This document shows, one piece after another, positions 12,888-23,078 of a stretch of DNA of 64,000 nt. A program made the position numbers and the translations under genes. Where the stretch lies: the NCBI GenBank assembly GCA_003971905.1, contig RSEE01000062.1, positions 186,001 to 250,000 of the forward strand. Direction: 5' to 3'. The DNA is from Moniliella sp. 'wahieum'. Lineage: Eukaryota. The stretch's first letter is position 1, and each line of letters opens with the position of its first letter. The notes beneath the pieces are model-generated. The model saw nothing but the letters and a program-made list of their open reading frames with translations. It was not told the origin of the DNA and searched no databases.

Positions 12888-13832
12888 GATGTCAGATCAA
12901 AGCGAACTTCCAAGAAGAATTCGCTCTGTTGGTGGCCGCGTCCCAGCCCTCCTCCGTCTTATCCACCACCACCACCTGTCCTCACCGCGCTACCACATCC
13001 ACTCCCCCGCCCTTGTTTGCCTTTGCCATTGCCTTTTTGCTCTTTCCCCTCCCCTCCCCTGTCCTTCCTCTTGCATACTTTCCCTCTAACTCGTTCTGGC
13101 CTCGTCATTGCTCTTCCCCCCGCCACCTCACACCTACGTCACATGCCCCAGTCCTTCGTCTTTCTCGCATCTGCCGCTCATATGCTCGTACCTTCGCTCT
13201 CTTCCACCCATCCAACTATAACGGAAGGAGGGAGGGATTTATACGTAGTACTCCTTCCCGCCCGTGTCCCCACCTGATGTCCCATGTCCCAGTCCCATGC
13301 TTCTCTCCACCTGATCTCTCTGCTGCAGTTGAACGGCGATGGTGGATAAGATCGATAACCGATAACCATCAAACCACCAAGCCACTATCCCGACCCCATC
13401 CCGTCTACTACTCCTATTCCTAGTCCTAGTCCTATCGATCGATCCTACCCCCCTTCCTATCTCCAGCCCTCTAAACCTAAACCAACCTAAACCTAAACCA
13501 CAAACTCAATCCAAAATGTTCTACATCATCAAAAGCCCCAAATCCAAAGTTAAAGAAAGGATTATCTCAAGCTTGAGCTTCGAGCGTCAGGGCTCCTCCA
13601 ATTCAGCTGCTTCAATTTCCTGGGACAATCTAACAAGAACACCACCAAGAATATCATATGAGGTGAGGACTGGAAGTCAAAGATAAATGCCACTATAGCG
13701 AAACGAGATGAATTGCATCCATTCGAAACCACAGAGGAAGGATGGAACATGGTCGGGTGGGTCATGATGGTGTACAATACGATATCGATGAGTGGCACAG
13801 ACATGGAATAGTGAACAAAGGATACACAATAG

Positions 13833-15333
13833 TTATTGGGGTTTCCTTCGACGGAAGTACGCCACCACTCCTTGAGACACGAGTAGCCTTCTCATCAAAC
13901 GACTCGTTGGAGTCGCATGCGCATTGGCCAGACTGGTGGTACTTGGGATTAGCCGGGCAATGCGTGTAAGGGTCGTGAAAGTACCCGATTTGATCAAACT
14001 GATAAATGCGGCTGCGGTCAAGAATAAGATGGCGGCAATGGAATGAACAGGGCATCTCCCACCGCTCGTAAAAGAAACCCCCAGCTTGGTCCAGATGATC
14101 AAAATACCTTTGATACGCTTCGCTTCGCCAGAATCGAAGATCAGCAATCTCAAATTGGACCAAAAGTGGCACAGGTTGTATCCCGGCTCAAGCAGTCGCT
14201 CCGCTCGTCGGTCATAAAGTGCAGCCCATTGTCTTAGCCAGATACTGGGATACTTTTTCAAAAACTTCTTCGTCTCATCCACAACGTGGCGATCGTCTCG
14301 GGGAACTCGTGCAGAGCTATTGTGAACCCAACGTTTTGTTGTTCATCTGCATGAACAAAAGGGTCAAAGTCAATGTCGCAGTAGAGGTGGATGCTGGCTC
14401 GACCCGCCAATAGTAATCGAGATCAAGGGTAAGGGGGGTGTTTGAAAAAGAAACCAGACTGGAAGCGACACAGTGTCGGTACGACTCCGAGGAGCATAGA
14501 TAATGTCTTTCATCTGTTCCCGCGTCTCAGCCGCTTTGGTCTGGTTGATCCACGCAGGATAGCCCCAGTTTCGGGACCAACTTTGCCAAAGCGGATCTCG
14601 AGGGGTCATGGAGCGAACACCTTCTGAATTCGTCTGCGTGTAAAGTGTGAGTTGAGTCTTCTGAGGGAGGGCAGTCGCTTGTGAAAACAAAATCGAAGAT
14701 AAACTGACCGTAAAGTCCTCGTCATTGAGGAAGATCCAAGGATATCCGAACTTGCGATTGAACTTTTCCTCCACATCTCGCATGGAGCTCATCATGTCAC
14801 CCAGCTCCTTGTTACGAACCAGAACAATAAAGCCGGCCTTGGCGCGGACGGCTTTGGTTGGCTACTGCAGGAATAAAAGCGGGGGGGAAGAGGTTGCCAT
14901 CACTGCCCTTTTCGGCCCATTGGGTGAGTTCGTGGATATGTGGCAGGCGGCTGGCTAGCTGAGACAGAGTAGAGCCAGTCGCCTGGGCTCACCTCACCGC
15001 CTTGTACCTGTACCGTGGCGGTAGGAGGGTGAGAGACAGAAGGACGCCCATTATCCGGTGCTGAAGGACGCTGGAACTGCTGGCCGGCCCAGGCGGTGGC
15101 TTGGCCACCTGCATTCTTGGCTGCCTCGACCCATTGCTGCGTTTGCTTAGTGCCAGTGCTGGTGAATCCGAGCCAGGATACGAGGCTGATTACACAAATT
15201 GCCGAGAGGGCGAGAGCAATCAGGCGCGAGGACGGCGGAGGAGCGCCTGGAGCCCCGTTCGTGGGCGAACAGCATAATAGGTACCGTTGGAGGAGGCGTC
15301 GTCCCCCCCTAATAGCTGGTACCGTGGAGGCAT
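13833..15333 (-). CDS. Alpha-1,2-mannosyltransferase, glycosyltransferase family 15 (Kre2/Mnt1/Ktr)
   Basis: N-terminal type II TM segment, AGFIVLVRNKEL, EEKFNRKFGYPWIFLNDEDFT, GYNLCHFWSN, FEIADLRFWRSEAY..YFDHLDQAGGFFYERW, HSIAA, IGYFHDPYTHCP, C-terminal CxC...SCL. Heavily frameshifted; both ends approximate. Confidence 0.9.
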
Positions 15334-15631
15334 TGGTTGGACTTCTGATGATGGCGGTAGAGAGGAAGGCAGCAGCCTGAGAAGACGAAAAGGGGTCGTG
15401 TCGGTTATGACACTGTGCGCGTGGATTGGATTCCCAGGCAGCTCACTTCCGTAGTTGTCCCCCGGCCGCTTACTTCCCCCGCCATCGGCCATATACTTTT
15501 TTTTCGTCCAGAGGTCCGATCGGAATGCACCCTTGTAAGGGTCATAGTGTCACAGCGTGCGAATGATTAATGAAGATGCCTGAAGCTTGAAGACTAATGA
15601 AAAAATAGCCGTCTTAATTGGATGAGATCGA

Positions 15632-15672
15632 TGAGATGTGAGATGTGAGATGTGAGATGTGAGATGTGAGAT
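15632..15672. repeat. (GAGATGT)n heptamer microsatellite
   Basis: Visible tandem run. Confidence 0.9.
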
Positions 15673-16528
15673 CTGAGAGATCTGAGAGCGGTTGAATGTT
15701 GAACACGTTGAACGTGTACGTTGAACGTTGACGCCCCGGATGAACGTGAGGTTTTGATGGTACGGAGTAAACCACGTCAGACATGTTCCAGGCGATACGC
15801 GCTCCGTACCTAGTAGGTTTTAGCCACCCAGTGGCCACTCGGTAGCCTCATTGTGGCTCACATGAATGAAAGGGCGGCCGTGGGTCAGCGAGTGAAGGGT
15901 CACTGTGACGAAGTGACAGCCATATATCACAGTGACATGTGACATGTGATGATAGGTGTGAGTCTCTCCCTGTCTCTCCCTCGAGTACAGTGCCTATGAC
16001 ACACTGGCGTGTTGCGTAGCTATGGAACGAAAAGGCGAGACCGAATTCAGGCCTCTCCGTGACTGCTGGCCGAGACTGGAGCCCGCCCGGCACTCCGTCT
16101 CCATCCACGTCTCGAGTCTTAGATCTTAGAGAGGGCCCGCAACGCACCCTGGCCGCGGAATTGCCAGGGCCTTTCTCTGGGTCGCGACATGGCAGAGGAC
16201 TGGTGACGAGAGGCTGCGGGCTACTTCGCACTCGGAAATGAACGGCCCCAACGAAACACATGCTCCCTGATCTTTTCCCCTTTCGAACAGCTCTATATTA
16301 CCATCCCTTCGCCTCTCCTCTCTGTTCTGCACCCATATTTGGCTGCTATACTTATATGTGTTTCGACTCACTCATCGCTCACAGGCGGGACACGCCGTGA
16401 ACCGAGCATATGAGGCCGAGGCCTGACCGGCCTGAGAGCATCCATCACGGATACCATATCCTGTCCCGTTGCTAAATCAACCGCGTTCCTTATCGCGACG
16501 ACTGCTGGCTGATGTTAGTAAGGGCCGC

Positions 16529-16584
16529 AGAGTCCCCTTTTCCGGCGAGAGCCCCCTTTCCGGCGAGAGCCCCCTTTTCCGGCG
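16529..16584. repeat. 18-19 bp tandem repeat, about 3 copies (GAGCCCCCTTTTCCGGCGA)
   Basis: Direct inspection. Confidence 0.85.
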
Positions 16585-17572
16585 TCAGCCCTTCCTGCGG
16601 GCGACGACGAAGATCACCCCCCCCCCCCCCCCACCCCATGTTCCTTGCCCCGGGGCGGCTTGTTATAGTATACCGATTCCGATTTTATCTTCGGTCTGGC
16701 CTACAATAACCCTGTACTCATCTGATCACTGCCATAAAGTCCACCACTGCAGTGTCCTTGGCTGGCGAAATTTCTCTTTCATTTGCTGATATTAACATTG
16801 GCGCATCGGCCCTCTCCCCGGCTGTAGTACCCGGCTACGCCATGACCGCTACTGTTAAGGCTGCTCCCCCCGGATCCCACTTCTCCTAACGCGACGCGCC
16901 GCTGTCGAGAGTCCCTCTGGCCGTTCATTTCGCCATCAGGCAATCGCGGATGAACGGAAAAAGATACTAGAAGGTTTAGGTACCTGCACATTGTCCCTTG
17001 GCCTGAAAGCGTTCGCCCATACCGGTAAGACTATAGTGCTCTCCCTCGGCGTGTACTTCCCTATGGAACCGTAAAGCATAAAGCACGCGCCTGGCATGGC
17101 TCGCGCACATCAGCCTAAGGACACCTTTGACCTGACTTCCTCTTCATCATCAGTTGTTCCGCACTAACAGTCCGTAGGGCCCCGCGTGTACAAAAGTCGG
17201 TTTCTTCCTTGGCCCGTTCGATAACGTCAGGGAGCCTATCTCTCGGCGCCATTGCATGAAGATTTATCTGAACCCACCCCGAGGCTGGGAGGTGCCGCCG
17301 GGCCATTGTCATCGCGCCGAGCGGCCGTTTGGCGCCTCGAATAGTCCCCGGATACGCCTAGTACCGCTAGTACCACTTGTCGAAACCTTACTGTGGGCCA
17401 CGGCTTCCGGCAATCCTTTAAGGAGTCCTCTGCTGTTTCGCGCCCCCCCCCTCCCCAAACGCTCCGCAGACACTATCACAGCCTTAGCTTTTTTTGTGGA
17501 TGACCCCCTCTAGCTGGTTTCTTCTCCATCGTGCTTTACCAAACCTTTTTCTCGCAGAGAGCCCAGGTACAA

Positions 17573-17760
17573 GGCATGATACTGAGCTGTAGTGACCCTC
17601 TATCTACCTTTCTTGGCGCCTTCTACGTTGATGCACCCATCAACAGAGGGTACACATTGAGCCAGTGCACCTTCATACTTACACTCGATTCTGCCCAAGC
17701 CCGATGAGCCCGAGTTCAACCAGCACCCATCCTACTGATCCAAGACCTCCGATTGGTACC
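17573..17760 (+). pseudogene. Possible decayed Copia RT fragment
   Basis: Translates to SDPLSTFLG...YTLSQ then PKPDEPEFNQHPSY*SK, colinear with GPLHYHLG...LYLSQ...ADPEPP...AYQGK of the intact element. Weak similarity. Confidence 0.3.
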
Positions 17761-18305
17761 CCCAAATAAGCCGACGAGACCCTGCCTAACCCAGCAACGG
17801 AGCGCAACCGTTATTGCGTGCTATCGTTGGGTCCCTTCCACTGTTGGATTGTATTACCTGCCCTGTTGAACTGTGCTAACACAGTGTTCGCCTTATCTTT
17901 CGGTTCGCTGCTGCACTATCCAAAGCAGCAGCACGGGCCGCGTTACTTCCTCCGCCACCTCAGGAGAATATTGGCAACCTTTATGGGTCCACCCGAGCAA
18001 TGTAAGTTGTGTGATATATGCGAGAAGGCACAATATCGAACCACCTGTCTTGTTGACCGAAATGGATGAAGGTCATCCTTCTCCTCCCGTATTAAGCGAT
18101 GTTGGTTGTGCCCTTTTTTCTCGAGACAGTGACGGTGGGGCAACAATGCAGTGTTCGGTTTCAGTATTCTGGCCTCATTCCCACAATGGTACTTTGCTGT
18201 GACAGGATCTGGGTTACTTCTGGATCAGCTGGAATCGTACACTTAGTACTTTGTTGTGCATCTGAGGTCCCATTGTTATAGCTCTGTAGACCAAATGCCT
18301 CATGT

Positions 18306-18458
18306 TGTCGGATGAGATCTGCCCAGTGGTCTGCTACCGCTGAGGAGGGAGATGGTGGACTGAGGAATGAATTACTGGGGGCAGAAGCCTCGGGAAGATC
18401 TACTCCGGAATAAACCGGAGGCGGAATGGGCTGGCCGCAGATGGCGTCTCACTCAACA
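18306..18458 (-). mobile_element. Solo LTR (153 bp)
   Basis: Plus strand TGTCGG...TCAACA, i.e. TGTTGA...CCGACA on minus, the same termini as the intact Copia LTR. Perfect 5-bp TSD CATGT (18301-18305 and 18459-18463). Confidence 0.8.
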
Positions 18459-18899
18459 CATGTCACCTGGCATCGCTCGAATTTCCACTCTCAAACTTAA
18501 GGACGAGTTACCGTGAGTGAACTAACCTCCTAGGAAAAGCTCTGAAAGCCGTCGTATCCACGAAACACCTCATTGGAATCCCTTACCGGTTTTCACCGCT
18601 ACTGTGAGAGATTCATACAGGCGACGCTTCAAGGTTCTGATTCATCGCTTTGTCTTTGCTCATTTGATCCCGGAAGATCTAAGGGCATCCAAATCGCAAC
18701 CCAAAAGTCTACCACATATCATCTTCATTTCATGGAAAAAGGTCGGTCGTATGAGATTGGCCATGTTCTACCAGCGCTTGAGATATTGTCCATCTCATTC
18801 AAATTACAGGTGTCGTTCGCTATCAACGTCCACAAATGGTCACCTCTTATTCATGTTACTCAATAAGATTTTCATCAATTCTACCGGCACTAACTATTC

Positions 18900-21350
18900 G
18901 ATTGGTGGAACTGATATATCTTCTCGGTTTGGCTGGAAACCAGATGATCCTTTATTCCCACTCAATGCATACACACTCGGTGTCTTTCAGATTGAAGTAG
19001 CGTGTGCCGAATATACGATGCATTGCAGTTAAATCAAGTCTTCTAGACAATTCAGAAAACATAACTATCGGTCCCCCTGAGGCGGAGGAAGGCGTGTGTT
19101 CCATGTCGGATTTAATATCCCAAAGTCTATGAGTGTTGTCATCATGTGGTCTACCGAAAGAGCTTGGTTGGAGTATTACTGAGTAGCATTTGCGTTACAC
19201 GTTACCGGTCCGCTGCTCAGCATGAGGAAAGTATTGCTGCCTGAAAGTGTTGAATCTGGTCATTTATGGCCAAGGTCACTTCCAAGTGACATCATGGTGT
19301 GATGCGCGTGTGATGTTTTCTGACGTGGCGTTTCCGACTCCATGATGACTTGGATTTGCCACGCCTTAGAAATTTGATCTCCATCGACCACCATTCCCTT
19401 TGCTGCGCTTTGAGCTCTCCTGGGCGTTAATGAGTTACAATCTGAACCTTTCCTTCTGAGTAACTTCTTTCTCATCCATTTTATCTCTGTGCCTACTTTA
19501 CTACTCTCCACCCTCCGCTTCCGAGCCTACAACTCAAGCCCACCCGAACCACCCATACTTACCTTCGTCCCTCCCCAATGTCCGCCCCCTGGTATAACCA
19601 CCTCTTCCCACCTCCTTCGAACGATGAAGAGGCCAGAATGTCAATAGAGCCTCGGCCATCCTCAACAATCTCCAAGATCATATCGCACTTTATCCTCTCA
19701 ACAGAGCGTGCGCAGCCCCCAACATCCCCAACTCCAAATCGGCTCTGACATCCTGTCAACAGGACGTCGATCGCCTGGGCCGTTCCCACCTTGACAAGGA
19801 TCCCACTGCCTATGCCCGTGCCCTTGAAAAAGGGCCATGATTTAACCTCGATCGTGGTACGCAGCTCAGCGAGGAACAGCTCGTACGCTTGTGCGTCAGC
19901 ACATGCAATCAAAAGTCATCGGTGTGCAGGCAATCAAAACTAGACCAGGTTTGAACGGCGGAAAAAGAGAAATGGTTCAGAGCGTAGGCGCCGGAAGCCC
20001 AGACGGCCCACATAGGTACTGCCGCAGCCACTTGTTAAAGTTGGCGCGCTCTGGTCCATATAGACTCTTCTTTAGCTTCCAGCACGTGCCGGGTCCATCG
20101 GAAAAGAAGGGAGGAGAATGGACGTATACGTCTTCGTCGAGGTCGGCATAGAGATAAGCCGCGTCTAAATGTTCTTTGCTAACCCTTTGTTGTGTCAATC
20201 GGGCGAACCCATGCCCGTCGCGCATCCCGTCTGCTAAAAACATTTTCGATTTCTATGTGTGCGCTCTGATCGTGTGCACATGTTAACCAAGCACTTGGCA
20301 TGTTGAAGAGGCTTTGTGTTTTCACTTAGTAGGCGTACATCGTTAAATGTCTCAATTCCATTCTATGGACCTCCATACCGTCCGTATATCGCACTCTTCG
20401 CTTTCGCGAGGGGTCCACGAAGACGCGCGCCTTGCAATTTGTGGATAATGGAGACAGCAATAAGTTTCATTCATGTCTGCTTGTCATCGGCCCTACCTTG
20501 GCCCAGTTCTCCCGATGAGTATTAGAATGATGGTCATACTGGACGAAAGCTTCTGCTTATAAATCGTCGAGCAAATTGGCCAAAGAAAGAAAAGTCGACT
20601 CGTGACTGCGGGGTCCAATCGGTCCTGGGAGCGATGTCAACCAACAAAACTCGCTTTCAAATTTTACAAACCCTCAGCCCGACCCGGCTCCCCCAATGGC
20701 AACAAGACCTGACATCGGTTCTAGGTTTCGATAATTGCGTTCTCGTTGATGTCGGAAGCAATCATCGTCTGTGGACAAAGCGGTAAAAAACAATCATGGG
20801 CCGAAGACGGGGAGCGAGGCCGGATGAGTATATGTGCTCACTTACCCAAGATGCACTTCCAAGTGCCGAGGAGGCCTTGGCCTCGGCTACGCCGAGTACA
20901 TAGGTCCCCTGTTTTCATGTGGATTAACCGACCCAATTTTCAATGTGATTGCCTCATCAGTAGAGGTAAACCGGAAGGGCGCGAGGATCCATGCATTTGT
21001 GCGGGGGTCCGAATGGTCATCAATCATACGTATTCTTGTGGGCGATGGCAATCGCACCCCTTGTGACAGTCGCACCCCTTGCCTGTTCATATCTTGTGCT
21101 CTTACCCAAATGTTTGGGCGGATTGGGGACGAAGCGTAGGGAGTCTGTTTATTTTCTTACAATGGCGCTATGCTCCCATTCATCACGGAAAGGAAAAGTA
21201 AGAACACTGCTGCTGCGGTGCCACTGGTCGCATGTCACCAGTGTAACACGCAGTTCAGCACACAACATATACGCAGATGTTGGTCCGAAAATCGGGAGCA
21301 TGACTGCCGCCTTGGGAGGCCACCTTCGGCGTCTGTCACTCAAGAACAAG
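18900..21350 (-). pseudogene. Degenerate Ty1/Copia pol relic (pre-integrase, integrase, RT, RNase H)
   Basis: Minus-strand fragments in Copia order: AAVMLP..AELRVT..RDEW (~21300-21170), MIDDHS (~21020), LDAAYLYADLDEDVYVHSPPFF...WKLKKSLYG (~20170-20050), HTDDF (~19925), SDLG..FLMLSSGPVT and TLIDFG (~19280-19110). Many stops and shifts; ends approximate. Confidence 0.75.
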
Positions 21351-21616
21351 GTAAAAAGGGTTTAGTATTGGCCAAGTTGTTATTTGGTCAGCTGAGAAGG
21401 CTGTTCGAAGGTGATTCCTTCAATCTCTAAAAAAAAAGGAGACGGAAGTTGTTCGTCAGTCCAGTCCGGGTACGAAAGGTGAAGGGGGTAGGGGGTGGAG
21501 TGTTGCTGATTGTTTATATGAAAGACGCCGAAGGGGAGAGTGGGGTTGGGTATGGGTAAGGTGCGAGGAGATGAGAATATGGAGAGTGCGGGGTCATCAC
21601 CGTTGCTCACTGGAAT

Positions 21617-21776
21617 TGTTGACATCCGTCCTAGGACCGCGCGGACCCTGAGTCACGTGAGTCAGCTTTCATTCCTTCCGAGCTCGCACCAGTCTTCTGG
21701 ACGAGTCAGTCGCAGAAGCTTCTTAGTCCAATACGACGTTCAGTGCTCACATTCTGTGGTAGTAGCGAGGCCGACA
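21617..21776 (+). repeat. 5' LTR
   Basis: Matches 26516-26675 base for base on my reading. Confidence 0.95.
21649..21664. promoter_or_regulatory. Tandem TGAGTCA (Gcn4/AP-1 type) sites overlapping a CACGTG E-box in the LTR
   Basis: TGAGTCACGTGAGTCA; the copy in the 3' LTR is at 26548-26563. Function is inferred. Confidence 0.45.
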
Positions 21777-21787
21777 GAGTTACATCC
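21777..21787 (+). promoter_or_regulatory. Putative primer-binding site complementary to the tRNA-Tyr(GUA) anticodon arm
   Basis: GAGTTACATCC directly follows the LTR. The reverse complement of spliced tRNA-Tyr nt 30-40 (GATTGTAACTC) is GAGTTACAATC. Confidence 0.6.
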
Positions 21788-21830
21788 TTATCTGCTCATC
21801 CCTGAGCTGGCCAAAACTACACCCACAACC

Positions 21831-23078
21831 ATGGGCGCCAACGCTAACACCGATCTCTCGGTCAGCGACACCACAATGGTGAACAAGCGCGATTACTGGA
21901 CACCAACCGGTCGCGATCCGCCACCGATTGGCACCGACAACGAGGAACTCATGATGCTTTGCGCCGAAGCGCACCTGTGGTTCAAGAAGACGAACGACAT
22001 CGATGTCGTTAAAGAGAAGATCAACAGAGCTATACACGACAGAGCCGAGTGGCTTGGATGGAAGGACGAACCTACGTCTATCACGACAAACTGGGTTCGA
22101 CGGGCTACGAATTTTGTGGTGCAAAACATCCACCAAATGGAAACTCAACCCAACGCAACTTTGGGGGCACCTACAGGCGCAGCCTCGCGACCCGAGTACG
22201 ACCTTTACAGATCACTACGCGAGTCTCCCACCAAGAATATCAAGTGGCCTGATCTGAACAAAGACCCGTCCGCCTACAGCGCTTGGGAAGACGAATTTCT
22301 CTTCGCGATAACAGATGCCCACCCCCACGCAAGCGACGTCGTCCAGAATGGTCGCAGCTCCCGCTACTTCACCGAGGACCTCGACAGACGCTTGCACAAC
22401 CTTCTTAGGGAAGCCATGCCGTCAACCCTCTTCCGGACGATCCGCACCCACCACGAAATATCATGCACCCAGGACACGCTGAACATGCTGCGTCAGCGGT
22501 ATGGATATACGCCTACCGCAAACAGAGGGCCTCTACTCATTCGCTACTTTTCGGCCGACCAAGGAAACCGATCGGGTCGAGACTACCTCGACTACATGGA
22601 AGAGATCAGTGCAAGCCTGACGCGAGCGGGCATCCCACTTACGGAAGAGCAGGAACGCACTGGGATCCTACTCGGCTTACGCGACATGAGCATTCGCCAG
22701 CGTGAAGAGCGCTCGAGTCTAGACAAGTTACGGCAGGCCGTGATGGACATACCAGCCGCCACGTATCCCGGTGGAGAAAGGAAGAGAAACGGAGGCAAGC
22801 CGGTCAACGGAGGAACGCCTTGGACTCGACCCGACAGCGGGGGACGACCCACCAGCGGGGGAAAAAACTCCAGCGGGGGCAAAGCCGGCGACGACAACCT
22901 CGCGGACACAAAGACCAAGGGGCAAGACCGCACCAACCAACCCTGGCGCAGCGCGACGTCTAATAAACCTGTTGTCCCTCCGCGCAACCCAGGCCGAGCC
23001 AACGCTCACGTCGCTCAGAGAGCGAGCTCTCCCGAGTCTGAAGTGATTGACGTTGATGCGGGCACAGCTGACTACTAG
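21831..23078 (+). CDS. gag: Copia Gag (no CCHC zinc knuckle visible)
   Basis: ATG 54 nt after the LTR, Gag-like YSAWEDEF and YLDYMEEISASLTRAGIPL segments, basic Gly-rich C-terminus, ends at an in-frame TAG. Confidence 0.85.
   Translation: MGANANTDLSVSDTTMVNKRDYWTPTGRDPPPIGTDNEELMMLCAEAHLWFKKTNDIDVVKEKINRAIHDRAEWLGWKDEPTSITTNWVRRATNFVVQNIHQMETQPNATLGAPTGAASRPEYDLYRSLRESPTKNIKWPDLNKDPSAYSAWEDEFLFAITDAHPHASDVVQNGRSSRYFTEDLDRRLHNLLREAMPSTLFRTIRTHHEISCTQDTLNMLRQRYGYTPTANRGPLLIRYFSADQGNRSGRDYLDYMEEISASLTRAGIPLTEEQERTGILLGLRDMSIRQREERSSLDKLRQAVMDIPAATYPGGERKRNGGKPVNGGTPWTRPDSGGRPTSGGKNSSGGKAGDDNLADTKTKGQDRTNQPWRSATSNKPVVPPRNPGRANAHVAQRASSPESEVIDVDAGTADY

Noticed and set aside
13470..13500. Interstitial telomere repeat (AAACCT)n
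   Set aside because: Short, imperfect and not TTAGGG; looks like ordinary 3' UTR low-complexity sequence.
21777..21787. PBS complementary to the 5' end of a tRNA-Ala (GGAUGUAGCUC)
   Set aside because: Needs a G:U pair and an unprecedented cut in the D arm, and no such tRNA is in the window. The tRNA-Tyr match follows the known half-tRNA register.
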